36,993 nt of DNA, taken from a virus. Taxonomy: Duplodnaviria; Caudoviricetes. The notes under the pieces were generated by a model, which saw nothing but the letters and a program-made list of their open reading frames with translations, was not told where the DNA came from and did not search any database. How positions within the stretch are numbered: the stretch's first letter is position 1; each line of letters opens with the position of its first letter. Positions 26,063 to 34,307 of this stretch are shown in pieces. The position numbers were made by a program, and so were the translations under genes. The stretch is from positions 1 through 36,993 of IMG/VR virus record IMGVR_UViG_3300012348_000031. The stretch is one strand, 5' to 3'.

Positions 26063-28201
26063 TCACATCATAGGTTGGGGCTGTTGATTGCTCTTTGCAG
26101 CTTGTTGACGGATTAACTCTCGGTCTTTATTCATTGCGGCATTGATCTCCGCACTTTGAATTTGTACACCATATTTCAATTCTAGCTCATATCTACGCAA
26201 AATACCATCTTGCTCAATACGATCACGCTCACGATCATCTGCCAACAATGCTTTTTCACGATCCAACTGCAGTTCAGCAGCCTTTTTCTGGATGTCAGCT
26301 TGAATAGCTTGAGCCTGTACTTGAGCCAACATCTCCTCTGGAGTGGGCTTTGGAGCAGGTGGTTCTGGCAGTTGGAAGTCAGCAGGTAACTGATTAAAGT
26401 AGTTCTGTGAATCCTTGATACCAGCCAGTTGCAACATCTTAGTCAAAGTGTTGGTGTACTGTGGTATTGTTACAACAGGATTGTTAGGACCAGTCTCTTT
26501 AATCAGCATTTCCTGACGCATGGCAACTTGGTTCAAGATGTTAATTCGGTCTTCAATAGTGCCATCACCAACACCAACATTGACGATTACATCCATGTTT
26601 GCATTCCAAGAACGGGGGTCAATTGGCACAAATGTGTTGCGCAAACGAACCATTCTTGCACGATCTTGATTCTCTACAACCAACTTCAAAATGCCTGTAA
26701 ACAGCTTACGCATACCTGTTTCAGCAAAGATACGAGCAATCATCTCAATGTGCTGATGTGCGGCATTGACAGTCGCAGAAACAGCGGCTTTGGTAGTGCT
26801 TTGCAGAGCGTCTGCATCCAAACCTGCAGCGGCCTTAGAAATGCCTGTACGGGTCTGTTTAATGTCATCCAAGTAGTCAAGCATTGGGAATGCCGCCTGA
26901 CCAACAAATGGAGTAGTAAATGGCTGAACCATGCCTGGCGCTCTCATGCGAATAACAGCACCAACTTCTGTATTCAACACATCTTCTAGGTTAGCCTGAC
27001 CTTCAACAATGGCTGTACGGGGGTGAATAGCCTGTGCCAAGGAATCCAAGATGCCACGTTGAACATTGGATTTAATCTCTTGGATGTCCATGACCACATC
27101 TGCAGGACACATACCAAAAAAGGTATGGGGCTCTGGATCAGGACAGAAGTCAGCAAATTGGCGGTCATCAACAATCTCATTGCGAACAACTTTGTTGCCA
27201 GTACCAATTGTGCAGATCCTGCGCATTTCAGCAATGCCATCTCCATCAAAGTCTACCTTTAAGTAGCCTTCAATGTACAAAACACTCTTGCTAGAAGGAT
27301 CGCCATTGTTTGCAGTACTGATTACAGCAAATGGGTTACGGGCTTGGTACTCGTCATTGTTATCAAAGTCGTTACCATTACCTGCAGCTTCAACCATTTC
27401 ATCATAGTCATAGCCCATAGCTACGAGGTCAGAAACAGTCTTCATGGTGCGATGACCAACGAAAATAGCTTCCTCAATAGATTTAGCTCTGCGGTCAATC
27501 AGGAACTCTTCTGGTGGCAAAGCCTCAATCTTTACTTTACCAGTCTTAATTCTGCGCTTGATCTCCACATCGTACATCATGGGTGGTGGAGTCATAATGG
27601 CTTGAGCTTCATTCATTGGCTCAGTACCAGGCGCAGGATACTCACGCACCGCAGAGATCTCAACATTTGGATCTTCTGTCAACATCATCATGCTTTGCTC
27701 ATCAAGCATAGAGAATGACTCAGCACGAACTTCTGTTGACTCATCCCACCAGTACTTAACGATACCGCACTTACGAACTAAAGCGTCTTTAAAAGCAGAG
27801 TGGAGAATCTTAAAGCCTGGGTTATCACGCTTGAAGATGAAGTCTACATAGTCAGTTGCTTGTTCAGCACCCATCACGTCTTCTGGACCTTGGGGGGCAA
27901 ACTCAACCACACGCTCTGGGCCAAAGAAAATGCGCATCAGGCTTGGCAGAATGCCTTGTACTGTGTCTCGGACATCCATTGACACAACTTGTGAACGACC
28001 ATCCTCTTCGTCACCAAAGGGATCTCCATAGTAGTACTCGGTAGCCTTTGCACGATTACCGCCAATGTCATCATCAATGAAGGAAATAGCATCATTGATT
28101 TCAGCAGAGATAACGCCTTGAAGTTGCTCTTCAGACATTACCTCATTGCCTTCCATTTGGCCTTGGAGAGTTTCAGCCATCAACATTGGGTTTTCGTACA
28201 T
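26063..28201 (-). CDS. portal protein
   Basis: 712 aa; SQVVSMDVRDTV...LPSLMRIF; Q-rich C-terminal barrel. Confidence 0.88.
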   Translation of the reverse strand: MYENPMLMAETLQGQMEGNEVMSEEQLQGVISAEINDAISFIDDDIGGNRAKATEYYYGDPFGDEEDGRSQVVSMDVRDTVQGILPSLMRIFFGPERVVEFAPQGPEDVMGAEQATDYVDFIFKRDNPGFKILHSAFKDALVRKCGIVKYWWDESTEVRAESFSMLDEQSMMMLTEDPNVEISAVREYPAPGTEPMNEAQAIMTPPPMMYDVEIKRRIKTGKVKIEALPPEEFLIDRRAKSIEEAIFVGHRTMKTVSDLVAMGYDYDEMVEAAGNGNDFDNNDEYQARNPFAVISTANNGDPSSKSVLYIEGYLKVDFDGDGIAEMRRICTIGTGNKVVRNEIVDDRQFADFCPDPEPHTFFGMCPADVVMDIQEIKSNVQRGILDSLAQAIHPRTAIVEGQANLEDVLNTEVGAVIRMRAPGMVQPFTTPFVGQAAFPMLDYLDDIKQTRTGISKAAAGLDADALQSTTKAAVSATVNAAHQHIEMIARIFAETGMRKLFTGILKLVVENQDRARMVRLRNTFVPIDPRSWNANMDVIVNVGVGDGTIEDRINILNQVAMRQEMLIKETGPNNPVVTIPQYTNTLTKMLQLAGIKDSQNYFNQLPADFQLPEPPAPKPTPEEMLAQVQAQAIQADIQKKAAELQLDREKALLADDRERDRIEQDGILRRYELELKYGVQIQSAEINAAMNKDRELIRQQAAKSNQQPQPMM

Positions 28202-28210
28202 ATTATTTCC

Positions 28211-28525
28211 TTATCGTGAGCCGATATAAGGGAGGATTCCAGAACCAGTATTCTGTAATAGAGAAGGGATGCCGCCAACATAATTGTTAGCCATGCCACC
28301 ATAGGTATTGCCCATTGATGGAGACATAAGAGCTTTTTCATCTTCTTTTGGATTGAAAGAGTATTTGAATGCAGAGTTAGCCATGTCGCCCATAGTAGAT
28401 GTTGGGTTGGTCATGGTGTTGTAGACATCCATAGCAGGAGCGACTTGTTGGCCTACTTGGTTTTGCAAAAAGCCACCTAAATCCTGACCATAGGAGCCAA
28501 ACAATGAAGCAAGTAATTCATTCAT
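28211..28525 (-). CDS. hypothetical protein
   Basis: 104-aa G/M/N-rich ORF; GAGGA RBS. Confidence 0.65.
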   Translation of the reverse strand: MNELLASLFGSYGQDLGGFLQNQVGQQVAPAMDVYNTMTNPTSTMGDMANSAFKYSFNPKEDEKALMSPSMGNTYGGMANNYVGGIPSLLQNTGSGILPYIGSR

Positions 28526-28966
28526 TTAATCTTCCTCGTCTTCCATGTCGTATTCTGTTTTAGCCATCATCAACATATTCTGCTGATTCTTGGTCATTTT
28601 CTTGGCGATAGGGCCACCAGATAGCCATGCTGAACAGGTACGCTCACCTGCACATTTGAAGTCAAACAACTCACAGTAGCCAAGATTAGCCGCACCTTGG
28701 ACATCTTTGGCATAGCCATCAGTCTCTTCATCTATACCTTTTAGGATACAGTCCATCATCTCTGGAGTCTGGATGAAGGCAGCGCAGTTACCGCAACGCA
28801 TGGTCTTGGCCTCTTCAACGGGAGTCTGCCATTCTTCTGCTCGGGCATTCCAGAAGTCTTCGTTCTCTTCCTCTGGATTGGCAGGACCATAGCCAACATT
28901 CTTAAAAGCCCAATTACGAGCTTTCAGATTGACCTTGATGTCATAGGTTGCGATAGGGCATTTCAT
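28526..28966 (-). CDS. Cys-motif protein, HiPIP-like pattern
   Basis: CGNCAAF...GYCELFDFKCAGERTCSAW. Confidence 0.65.
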   Translation of the reverse strand: MKCPIATYDIKVNLKARNWAFKNVGYGPANPEEENEDFWNARAEEWQTPVEEAKTMRCGNCAAFIQTPEMMDCILKGIDEETDGYAKDVQGAANLGYCELFDFKCAGERTCSAWLSGGPIAKKMTKNQQNMLMMAKTEYDMEDEED

Positions 28967-28968
28967 AA

Positions 28969-29220
28969 TCACCACTTTACTTTGTTGGCCCAATATGCCG
29001 CACTCATCTTGCCTTTGGCAATGTTCTCAGCATGACGGGCTTTGAATGCTTCGTTTCTTTTAGATCCATCAGGACTACCAGAAACACCTTGTTGACCAAA
29101 GCGAATTAGCTTCACTTCGTCACCAGACTTAGCCAATACTGCATGGCTTTTCTTTGGATGGTTGGGAGTTTTCTTTGGCTTGTTGTAGCCAGAGAACTCT
29201 TCGGAACCACGTTTAATCAT
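28969..29220 (-). CDS. small basic protein
   Basis: KLIRFGQQG...FKARH...SAAYWANKVKW. Confidence 0.8.
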   Translation of the reverse strand: MIKRGSEEFSGYNKPKKTPNHPKKSHAVLAKSGDEVKLIRFGQQGVSGSPDGSKRNEAFKARHAENIAKGKMSAAYWANKVKW

Positions 29221-29363
29221 TTCTTTTTAGCAGTCTTGGCTGCTTGTTTAAAGTCTTTGGCAGTAGGAGCGCCCTTAGTGCCAGGCTTGCGCATCTTCTC
29301 TTTAGAGCCAGCTTTGATACGCTCTTGCTTGGCATGGATGTTGGCGTACAGACCTTGTTTCAT
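29217..29363 (-). CDS. 48-aa Lys-rich protein (not in ORF track)
   Basis: MKQGLYANIHAKQERIKAGSKEKMRKPGTKGAPTAKDFKQAAKTAKKK; ATGA coupling. Confidence 0.8.
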   Translation of the reverse strand: MKQGLYANIHAKQERIKAGSKEKMRKPGTKGAPTAKDFKQAAKTAKKK

Positions 29364-29515
29364 TTCTTTTTCATCCGTTTAGATTCGGAAATGGCGATGG
29401 CAATTGCTTGTTTAGGGTTTTTTACAACAGGACCACCCTTACCAGAGTGCAACTTCTTGTCCTTGTATTCACCCATAACTTTGGCAATTTTTTCAGCAGC
29501 TTTATCCATCTTCAT
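29360..29515 (-). CDS. small basic protein (DUF6496-like)
   Basis: KIAKVMGEYK...LHSGKGGPVVKNPKQAIAIAISE; GGAG RBS. Confidence 0.8.
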   Translation of the reverse strand: MKMDKAAEKIAKVMGEYKDKKLHSGKGGPVVKNPKQAIAIAISESKRMKKK

Positions 29516-29561
29516 AGAAGTCTCCAGAAAGGTTGCGTGATAGTACCATATTGTGTTAAAC

Positions 29562-29592
29562 AAAAAAAGAGCCACTTGCTTAAGGTGGCTCT
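29562..29592 (-). terminator. rho-independent terminator after terL
   Basis: AGAGCCAC...GTGGCTCT followed by a T-run; TGGTACTAT extended -10 follows. Confidence 0.8.
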
Positions 29593-29608
29593 CAAATGGC
29601 AACGGCTC

Positions 29609-31006
29609 TCAGACAATCCCTCGGATCAACCTTTTGATCGGTTTACTCCAAGAAGTGTTTGATCCCCAAGACACAGTAGCCGCATCTGATGCGAATGTCA
29701 ACACAAAGGCATCAGCCATGTCAGGAGATTTCAATCCTCTACGTCTAATATCATCCTTGGACTCAATCTTGATCTTGCCGTTTGAGGTAAATGTATACCT
29801 CACAGTCGCCAGTTCAGCAATGAAATCCTCGTTATTAGGTATCTTGCAGTCTCGTTTCTCTAGCCAAGCTTTGGCTTTGTGCCACAGTTCTGCCCTTAAA
29901 TTCAGATAAGTACCGCCCATTGCAGGACTCTCAGAGACGTTAATACCTCTAGCTGGTAACTTTAGTTCTCTTAATCGGTCAACAACACCTGCTCCAAGGC
30001 CAATAGAGTCAACCAGAATCTCGGCAGGTCTAGTTTTATGGTCACAAGCCTCATATTGGGCAACCACAGCACCAGTTAACTGCATCAAATCTAAATTCCT
30101 CCAACGCTCTAGAGAAGAGGTTACATTGGACTGACGCTTACATAGAACTGACGAATCAGATCCAAAACGAGCAACGTCCAGTCCCCAAACAATAGGCGAA
30201 TCCTCGTAAGCTCTGGTGTCTCGATGTTTGGCAGACTCAAGCAGCTCCATTGGGATAATAGTGTCATCATCACTCCTTGGGAATTCACCTAAAACACGGA
30301 TTCGGAACGCATTACTTTCCTCGCCATAGCGAGATTTCATGTCCTCAACATACTCTTTACTGACCCGTGTAGAGTCAATACAGGACACCCTTCTTGTCCA
30401 CCACTCGTCTTTTAATCTATTATGTGTGTCAAAAAAGAAGCCAGAACTACGGACTGGATTGCCCAACAGAATGGTCAAAGCATTGTGACCAGACATAGAA
30501 CCCGCAGCGGCCTCAAATACTGCCTCTGGGACACCAGAAGCCTCGTCTGCTACCAACATCACGTTATCAGAGTGAACGCCTTGTAGAGCCTCTGGCTGCT
30601 CTGCTCTAGATGTTCTGGCAGAGATAAACGCTTCTGTCGCACTAGCCTTTAGCTCAATCCTCTCTTGTTTGACATCAAGCAGGTCTTGGATAGGTTGGGG
30701 CAGTTCTTTTACCCATCTTTTTAGTTCGGCAAACAAAGCATCATAAAGTTGGGCAGAAGTAGGGGCAGTAACCACTACCTTGACTGGATACCTGGTCAAC
30801 AAGAACCATAACATTGCCCAACTTGCAGTAGTTGACTTTCCAACCCCGTGACCAGAACGAATAGAGATCTTTCGCTCACCAGTCGCAACAGCATTCAAAA
30901 AGTCTTGTTGCCATTCATCAGGCTCAACTCCTAAGACCTCTTTGACAAACAGAACAGGGTTAGTCCTGTATAGGGTGATGAACTGGATAAACGGGTTATT
31001 CGCCAT
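29609..31006 (-). CDS. terL: terminase large subunit
   Basis: Walker A SGHGVGKS, Walker B LVADEA, LGNP, GLDVARFG and SPDMADA motifs. Confidence 0.95.
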   Translation of the reverse strand: MANNPFIQFITLYRTNPVLFVKEVLGVEPDEWQQDFLNAVATGERKISIRSGHGVGKSTTASWAMLWFLLTRYPVKVVVTAPTSAQLYDALFAELKRWVKELPQPIQDLLDVKQERIELKASATEAFISARTSRAEQPEALQGVHSDNVMLVADEASGVPEAVFEAAAGSMSGHNALTILLGNPVRSSGFFFDTHNRLKDEWWTRRVSCIDSTRVSKEYVEDMKSRYGEESNAFRIRVLGEFPRSDDDTIIPMELLESAKHRDTRAYEDSPIVWGLDVARFGSDSSVLCKRQSNVTSSLERWRNLDLMQLTGAVVAQYEACDHKTRPAEILVDSIGLGAGVVDRLRELKLPARGINVSESPAMGGTYLNLRAELWHKAKAWLEKRDCKIPNNEDFIAELATVRYTFTSNGKIKIESKDDIRRRGLKSPDMADAFVLTFASDAATVSWGSNTSWSKPIKRLIRGIV

Positions 31007-31448
31007 TGTTTTCCAATGTTGTTACTTCTTGTACCTTACCCATGTGCTTCAAAGCTTGTAAGTGCAGATCACCCAAACTGATGTTTACTTGGGTTTTGGC
31101 AGTATCTCCATAGTTCTCAGGGTCAAGCTTAGAAGCCATCCATTTCCTTGTATCAACCTGGAGTCTAGCCTTGTTGACTCCTGAGTTGGATGTCTCATCT
31201 GCCTCATCCGCAATCTCTAGAGCCTCTTCAGCAAGTTTTTCAGCCTTCAATTTCCTAGCCTTCAGGACCGCATCTCTACGCTCATCAGTATGGTTTATCC
31301 AGAATGACAACATAGGTCTAGAACACTCTATAAACTCTGCCAAGCGTCCAATCGTCATTCCTTGAGCAATGTGTGCTGTCACAAACTCAATTCCTCCCAG
31401 ACTCTCTATCTTCTTCTCCAACGCCCTTCTCATAGGAAATCCTGCCAT
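30996..31448 (-). CDS. terS: terminase small subunit
   Basis: HTH N-terminus; EALEIAD...ARLQVDTRKWMASKLDPENYGD; AAGGAG RBS. Confidence 0.88.
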   Translation of the reverse strand: MAGFPMRRALEKKIESLGGIEFVTAHIAQGMTIGRLAEFIECSRPMLSFWINHTDERRDAVLKARKLKAEKLAEEALEIADEADETSNSGVNKARLQVDTRKWMASKLDPENYGDTAKTQVNISLGDLHLQALKHMGKVQEVTTLENNGE

Positions 31449-31549
31449 ATCTTCTCCTTGATTTAATGTCTACAAATTCTAAACTATAAAAAATTTTTTT
31501 TGGAGTGTCTTGTGTTACTTGTGTGGGTGGTGGGGGGGTCTTAGCTTCA

Positions 31550-31613
31550 ATCGATAGGGGGATATGTATGAATCTCCCCTGCCACATCGCCCCCTCGTTT
31601 TATCGATAGGGGG
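31550..31613. repeat. 12-bp direct repeat ATCGATAGGGGG upstream of terS
   Basis: Copies at 31550-31561 and 31602-31613 among G/C homopolymer runs. Confidence 0.7.
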
Positions 31614-31686
31614 GGTAAACCCTACCCTTACGTACTAACCCTTAAGGGTAAACCCCTAGGTAGAAACCCTAATAGGGAAAACCCTA
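31613..31686. repeat. cluster of about four AGGGTAAACCCT-type palindromes
   Basis: GGGTAAACCCTA, AAGGGTAAACCCCT, TAGGTAGAAACCCTA, TAGGGAAAACCCTA. Confidence 0.75.
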
Positions 31687-31720
31687 CTGTGTTTTGGCCC
31701 AGTACTGTATGCCCATCCAG
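31687..31720. promoter_or_regulatory. tandem LexA (SOS) box-like sites
   Basis: CTGTGTTTTGGCCCAG (31687-31702) and CTGTATGCCCATCCAG (31705-31720); CTGT-N8-[AC]CAG. Confidence 0.55.
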
Positions 31721-31730
31721 TTCCTGGCCT

Positions 31731-31751
31731 AAATGAGAATGATTCGCATTT
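31731..31751. promoter_or_regulatory. Fur box-like palindrome
   Basis: AAATGAGAATGATTCGCATTT. Confidence 0.65.
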
Positions 31752-32009
31752 GCATTTAGTGTCTCACTCACGCAATGGATGTGTTTACAGGGATGTGTAA
31801 AAGGTTTCTCTATGTGTTTTCTTATTAGGTCTAACCTAACCCCTATCTCTTATATTCCCTTCTATAAGCCTTACCTTATCCCCTATAAGAGATGAAGCCC
31901 TAGTGATGGGCTAACCCTTTATTTCTGAGATCTAACTGTAGCTACAAAATCAAATTGAATACACAGGTTCTAAGGGTTTTTACTAATAGGGTTTTGGAGG
32001 GGTCAATAG

Positions 32010-32022
32010 AATCAACAACTTG
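32010..32022 (+). promoter_or_regulatory. IHF consensus site
   Basis: AATCAACAACTTG matches WATCAANNNNTTR. Confidence 0.6.
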
Positions 32023-32029
32023 CGAGAGT

Positions 32030-32044
32030 TGGCACGATTCTTTC
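32030..32044 (+). promoter_or_regulatory. sigma54-like -24/-12 element (degenerate -12)
   Basis: TGGCACGATTCTTTC versus TGGCACG-N4-TTGC. Confidence 0.4.
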
Positions 32045-32108
32045 TCGCTATATATGTGAGAGGGTCAGAAATTGCTCTCTCTTTTCTCAACTTTTAATAG
32101 GTGTCAAC

Positions 32109-32426
32109 ATGAAATACTCCGAACAACAACTGAACGTCATTGCTAGGTCAATGGCATTAGGCTCTCATGGTTCCTTTGCCAAGGCTTTGGCAAGTGCTTA
32201 TTGGGTAGCAGACGAAACTAATAGAAAAACCCTTCTCTCGGCCTTTGAAGACATCTTTGATCGTGTCGCAAGGTTTAAGGATATTGAGTCAACATTTGAC
32301 GAAGCAAAACATGAAGCATTCATTGAGCGCAGAATGAATATGTTAGATAAAAAGCTTTATCAAGGGCATATCTCCCAAGATGAATATGAGTCAATGGTCA
32401 ACGAATTAAATGAGGTGAAGTTATGA
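32109..32426 (+). CDS. early hypothetical protein
   Basis: GSFAKALASAYWVADETNR...LLSAF; AGGTG RBS. Confidence 0.8.
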   Translation: MKYSEQQLNVIARSMALGSHGSFAKALASAYWVADETNRKTLLSAFEDIFDRVARFKDIESTFDEAKHEAFIERRMNMLDKKLYQGHISQDEYESMVNELNEVKL

Positions 32427-32518
32427 AGACTGTAATCTTTGAGGCCATCTTTGGCGTGATTCTTTTCTGTGCAGCACTCGCTTTGATGCTTGCTTACTTT
32501 GATGTTTTGATCCCTTAA
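32423..32518 (+). CDS. 31-aa single-TM peptide (not in ORF track)
   Basis: MKTVIFEAIFGVILFCAALALMLAYFDVLIP; GAGGTG RBS; ATGA coupling. Confidence 0.7.
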   Translation: MKTVIFEAIFGVILFCAALALMLAYFDVLIP

Positions 32519-32552
32519 TCTCTTTTCTTTTCTTTTTTTAATAGGTGTAAAT

Positions 32553-32744
32553 ATGGAAAAACTCACAATCACAATCCAAGTAGACAAAGCCTATGGTGGC
32601 TATCTCTTCTACCCAGTCTGCGACAAGGCTAAAACCTTTGCAAAACTAACCAAGACTAAGACCCTTTCTTTTGATGCTATCAAGCATATTAAAGAATTGG
32701 GTTATGAAGTAGTTTCAAAAGATCTTAAAAACCCTTGGGAGTAA
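32553..32744 (+). CDS. early hypothetical protein
   Basis: YG..LFYPVCDKAKTFAKLTKTKTL...IKELGYEV. Confidence 0.8.
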   Translation: MEKLTITIQVDKAYGGYLFYPVCDKAKTFAKLTKTKTLSFDAIKHIKELGYEVVSKDLKNPWE

Positions 32745-32746
32745 TC

Positions 32747-32989
32747 ATGACTAAAGTAATTAAAAAAGATAAGCGCCATCCTAAAGTTATTAACGACTGG
32801 ATGATATATGAGGGCGTTAATGAGATTCACTCAGTTTTTGGTGTATTAATCGCATTCAAGAGTTATTTAAAAAGCGATGAATTTAATAAATATCACGCAG
32901 AAATGATTATCAGTTCTATTCAATCTCTTTTATGTAATGGATTAGAACCAATTGAACAATGGATGGATATTGACGAAGGGGACGCATAA
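32747..32989 (+). CDS. early hypothetical protein
   Basis: GGGAG RBS before the ATG at 32747. Confidence 0.7.
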   Translation: MTKVIKKDKRHPKVINDWMIYEGVNEIHSVFGVLIAFKSYLKSDEFNKYHAEMIISSIQSLLCNGLEPIEQWMDIDEGDA

Positions 32990-33276
32990 TGAGAATCACA
33001 GATAAAGCCAAAGTATTGGCAGAACAAACTTCAGGCGCTTATTCTTTTGATAGGTTCAAGAACTGGGATGCAGTTATTCAGATGTTATTGAATAAAGGCT
33101 ACTCAGATCTTGAGGTTGAGGCTATCGTCAGATCTAAGTGGACAAGGTGGGCGTGTGACCACGATACAGGCCGAGGCGGTAGATATGGCTATCACACCTC
33201 CAAAGCCCTTGAGAGGTTCCTAGAAGGCACTACACAAGCAGAGATTGATGCATTGGTGTATGAGACTTTCAACTAG
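32989..33276 (+). CDS. early hypothetical protein
   Basis: 95-aa ORF; TAATG coupling. Confidence 0.75.
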   Translation: MRITDKAKVLAEQTSGAYSFDRFKNWDAVIQMLLNKGYSDLEVEAIVRSKWTRWACDHDTGRGGRYGYHTSKALERFLEGTTQAEIDALVYETFN

Positions 33277-33315
33277 GGCAGCCAGCGTTTAATTTTCTTT
33301 TTAAAAGGTGTAAAT

Positions 33316-33648
33316 ATGAAACAAACAATTAATTGCCATGAGTTTATTGATGCTTTTGATAGATTGCGTCCTGACAACTTTTCTCGTGATGCTTTGATAA
33401 TGATGTTTGAGTATTTTGAGGAATATGAACGAGATATTGGCGTTGAGATTGAGTTTGATCCAATTGGTATTTGTTGCGAATATGTAGAAGAATATCCTCA
33501 TGAGATAGTGCATAACTACAAATTAGAAAATGATATTGATGGAATGGATCAAGACCAAATGCTTAAATATATTGAGAATTATCTTTTAAGCAGTTGTATT
33601 TTTATTGGTATTACTGATTCTGGTTCTTTTGTTTATCAACAGTTTTAA
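33316..33648 (+). CDS. highly acidic early protein
   Basis: FIDAF...NFSRDAL...EFDPIGICCEY; D/E-rich. Confidence 0.8.
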   Translation: MKQTINCHEFIDAFDRLRPDNFSRDALIMMFEYFEEYERDIGVEIEFDPIGICCEYVEEYPHEIVHNYKLENDIDGMDQDQMLKYIENYLLSSCIFIGITDSGSFVYQQF

Positions 33649-33659
33649 AAGGTGTAAAT

Positions 33660-33830
33660 ATGCATGATATTGAAAAACAACTTGAAATAATTTGGAATGC
33701 TCTTCACTCATACAGAGAAGACTGCATCCCTGAGAGCGATCCAACCTACAACGAAGAATGGGAAGATATTTGCCTAGCTATGGCAGTCATTCGTGAAGAT
33801 TTGGGTTTATGTGATGAGGTGGACAAATGA
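33660..33830 (+). CDS. 56-aa acidic protein (not in ORF track)
   Basis: MHDIEKQLEIIWNALHSYREDCIPE...EEWEDICLAMAVIREDL; repeated leader. Confidence 0.75.
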   Translation: MHDIEKQLEIIWNALHSYREDCIPESDPTYNEEWEDICLAMAVIREDLGLCDEVDK

Positions 33831-34063
33831 TGAAGGCTTGGCACTACATGACTGATGAGGATGTCAGAAACCTCGCAAGAAACGCCTTAGATGAAGCTTG
33901 CAGACATATCCAAGATGTAATTGGCATTCAGACTGGAGATTTGGCGGGAATGTTCTTTACTGGGGAAAATCAGGGCGTGATTGAAGAGGTCCTGAGAGAG
34001 TACATACTTTTGGAACTAGGCTCTAGAAGTGCAGAATTAGATGAATTTTTAGGAGGTAATTAA
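33827..34063 (+). CDS. early hypothetical protein
   Basis: ALDEACRHIQDVIGIQTGDLAGMFF; ATGA coupling. Confidence 0.75.
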   Translation: MMKAWHYMTDEDVRNLARNALDEACRHIQDVIGIQTGDLAGMFFTGENQGVIEEVLREYILLELGSRSAELDEFLGGN

Positions 34064-34064
34064 C

Positions 34065-34250
34065 GTGCAGCAGATCAAAATTGGATCAATCGTGGCTTAT
34101 GAAGCAAACCCCGCAAAGCTTGGCGAGGTGCTTGAATGTTTTGTTTTTCCTGCAAGTGGTGAACTTGGCCTAAGAATCAAACCCTTTGACAACTCTTGGC
34201 CTTTTTATCAACACGCCTCTGAGGTTTGGGTACTGACTGACAGTATTTAA
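34065..34250 (+). CDS. early hypothetical protein
   Basis: AGGAGG RBS, GTG start. Confidence 0.7.
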   Translation: MQQIKIGSIVAYEANPAKLGEVLECFVFPASGELGLRIKPFDNSWPFYQHASEVWVLTDSI

Positions 34251-34258
34251 ACCCTTAC

Positions 34259-34292
34259 AAAAAAGCCCTAGCCTAAAAACTAGGGTATTTTT
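34259..34292. terminator. bidirectional terminator
   Basis: A-run, GCCCTAG-loop-CTAGGGT, T-run; between convergent gene blocks. Confidence 0.75.
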
Positions 34293-34307
34293 GCAAGGTT
34301 TTGCGAA

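Noticed and set aside
26429-26989. 186-aa plus-strand ORF and other antisense ORFs over portal, capsid and ejection genes
   Set aside because: Antisense shadows of strongly biased coding frames, with no motifs or clear RBS.
31387-31587. 66-aa ORF upstream of terS
   Set aside because: Runs through homopolymer and promoter sequence and overlaps the terS start; composition looks non-coding.
31613-31686. CRISPR or mini-array interpretation of the palindrome cluster
   Set aside because: Repeats are short, degenerate and abutting, with no spacers.
31876-31884. DnaA box TTATCCCCT
   Set aside because: Two mismatches to TTATCCACA and a single copy.
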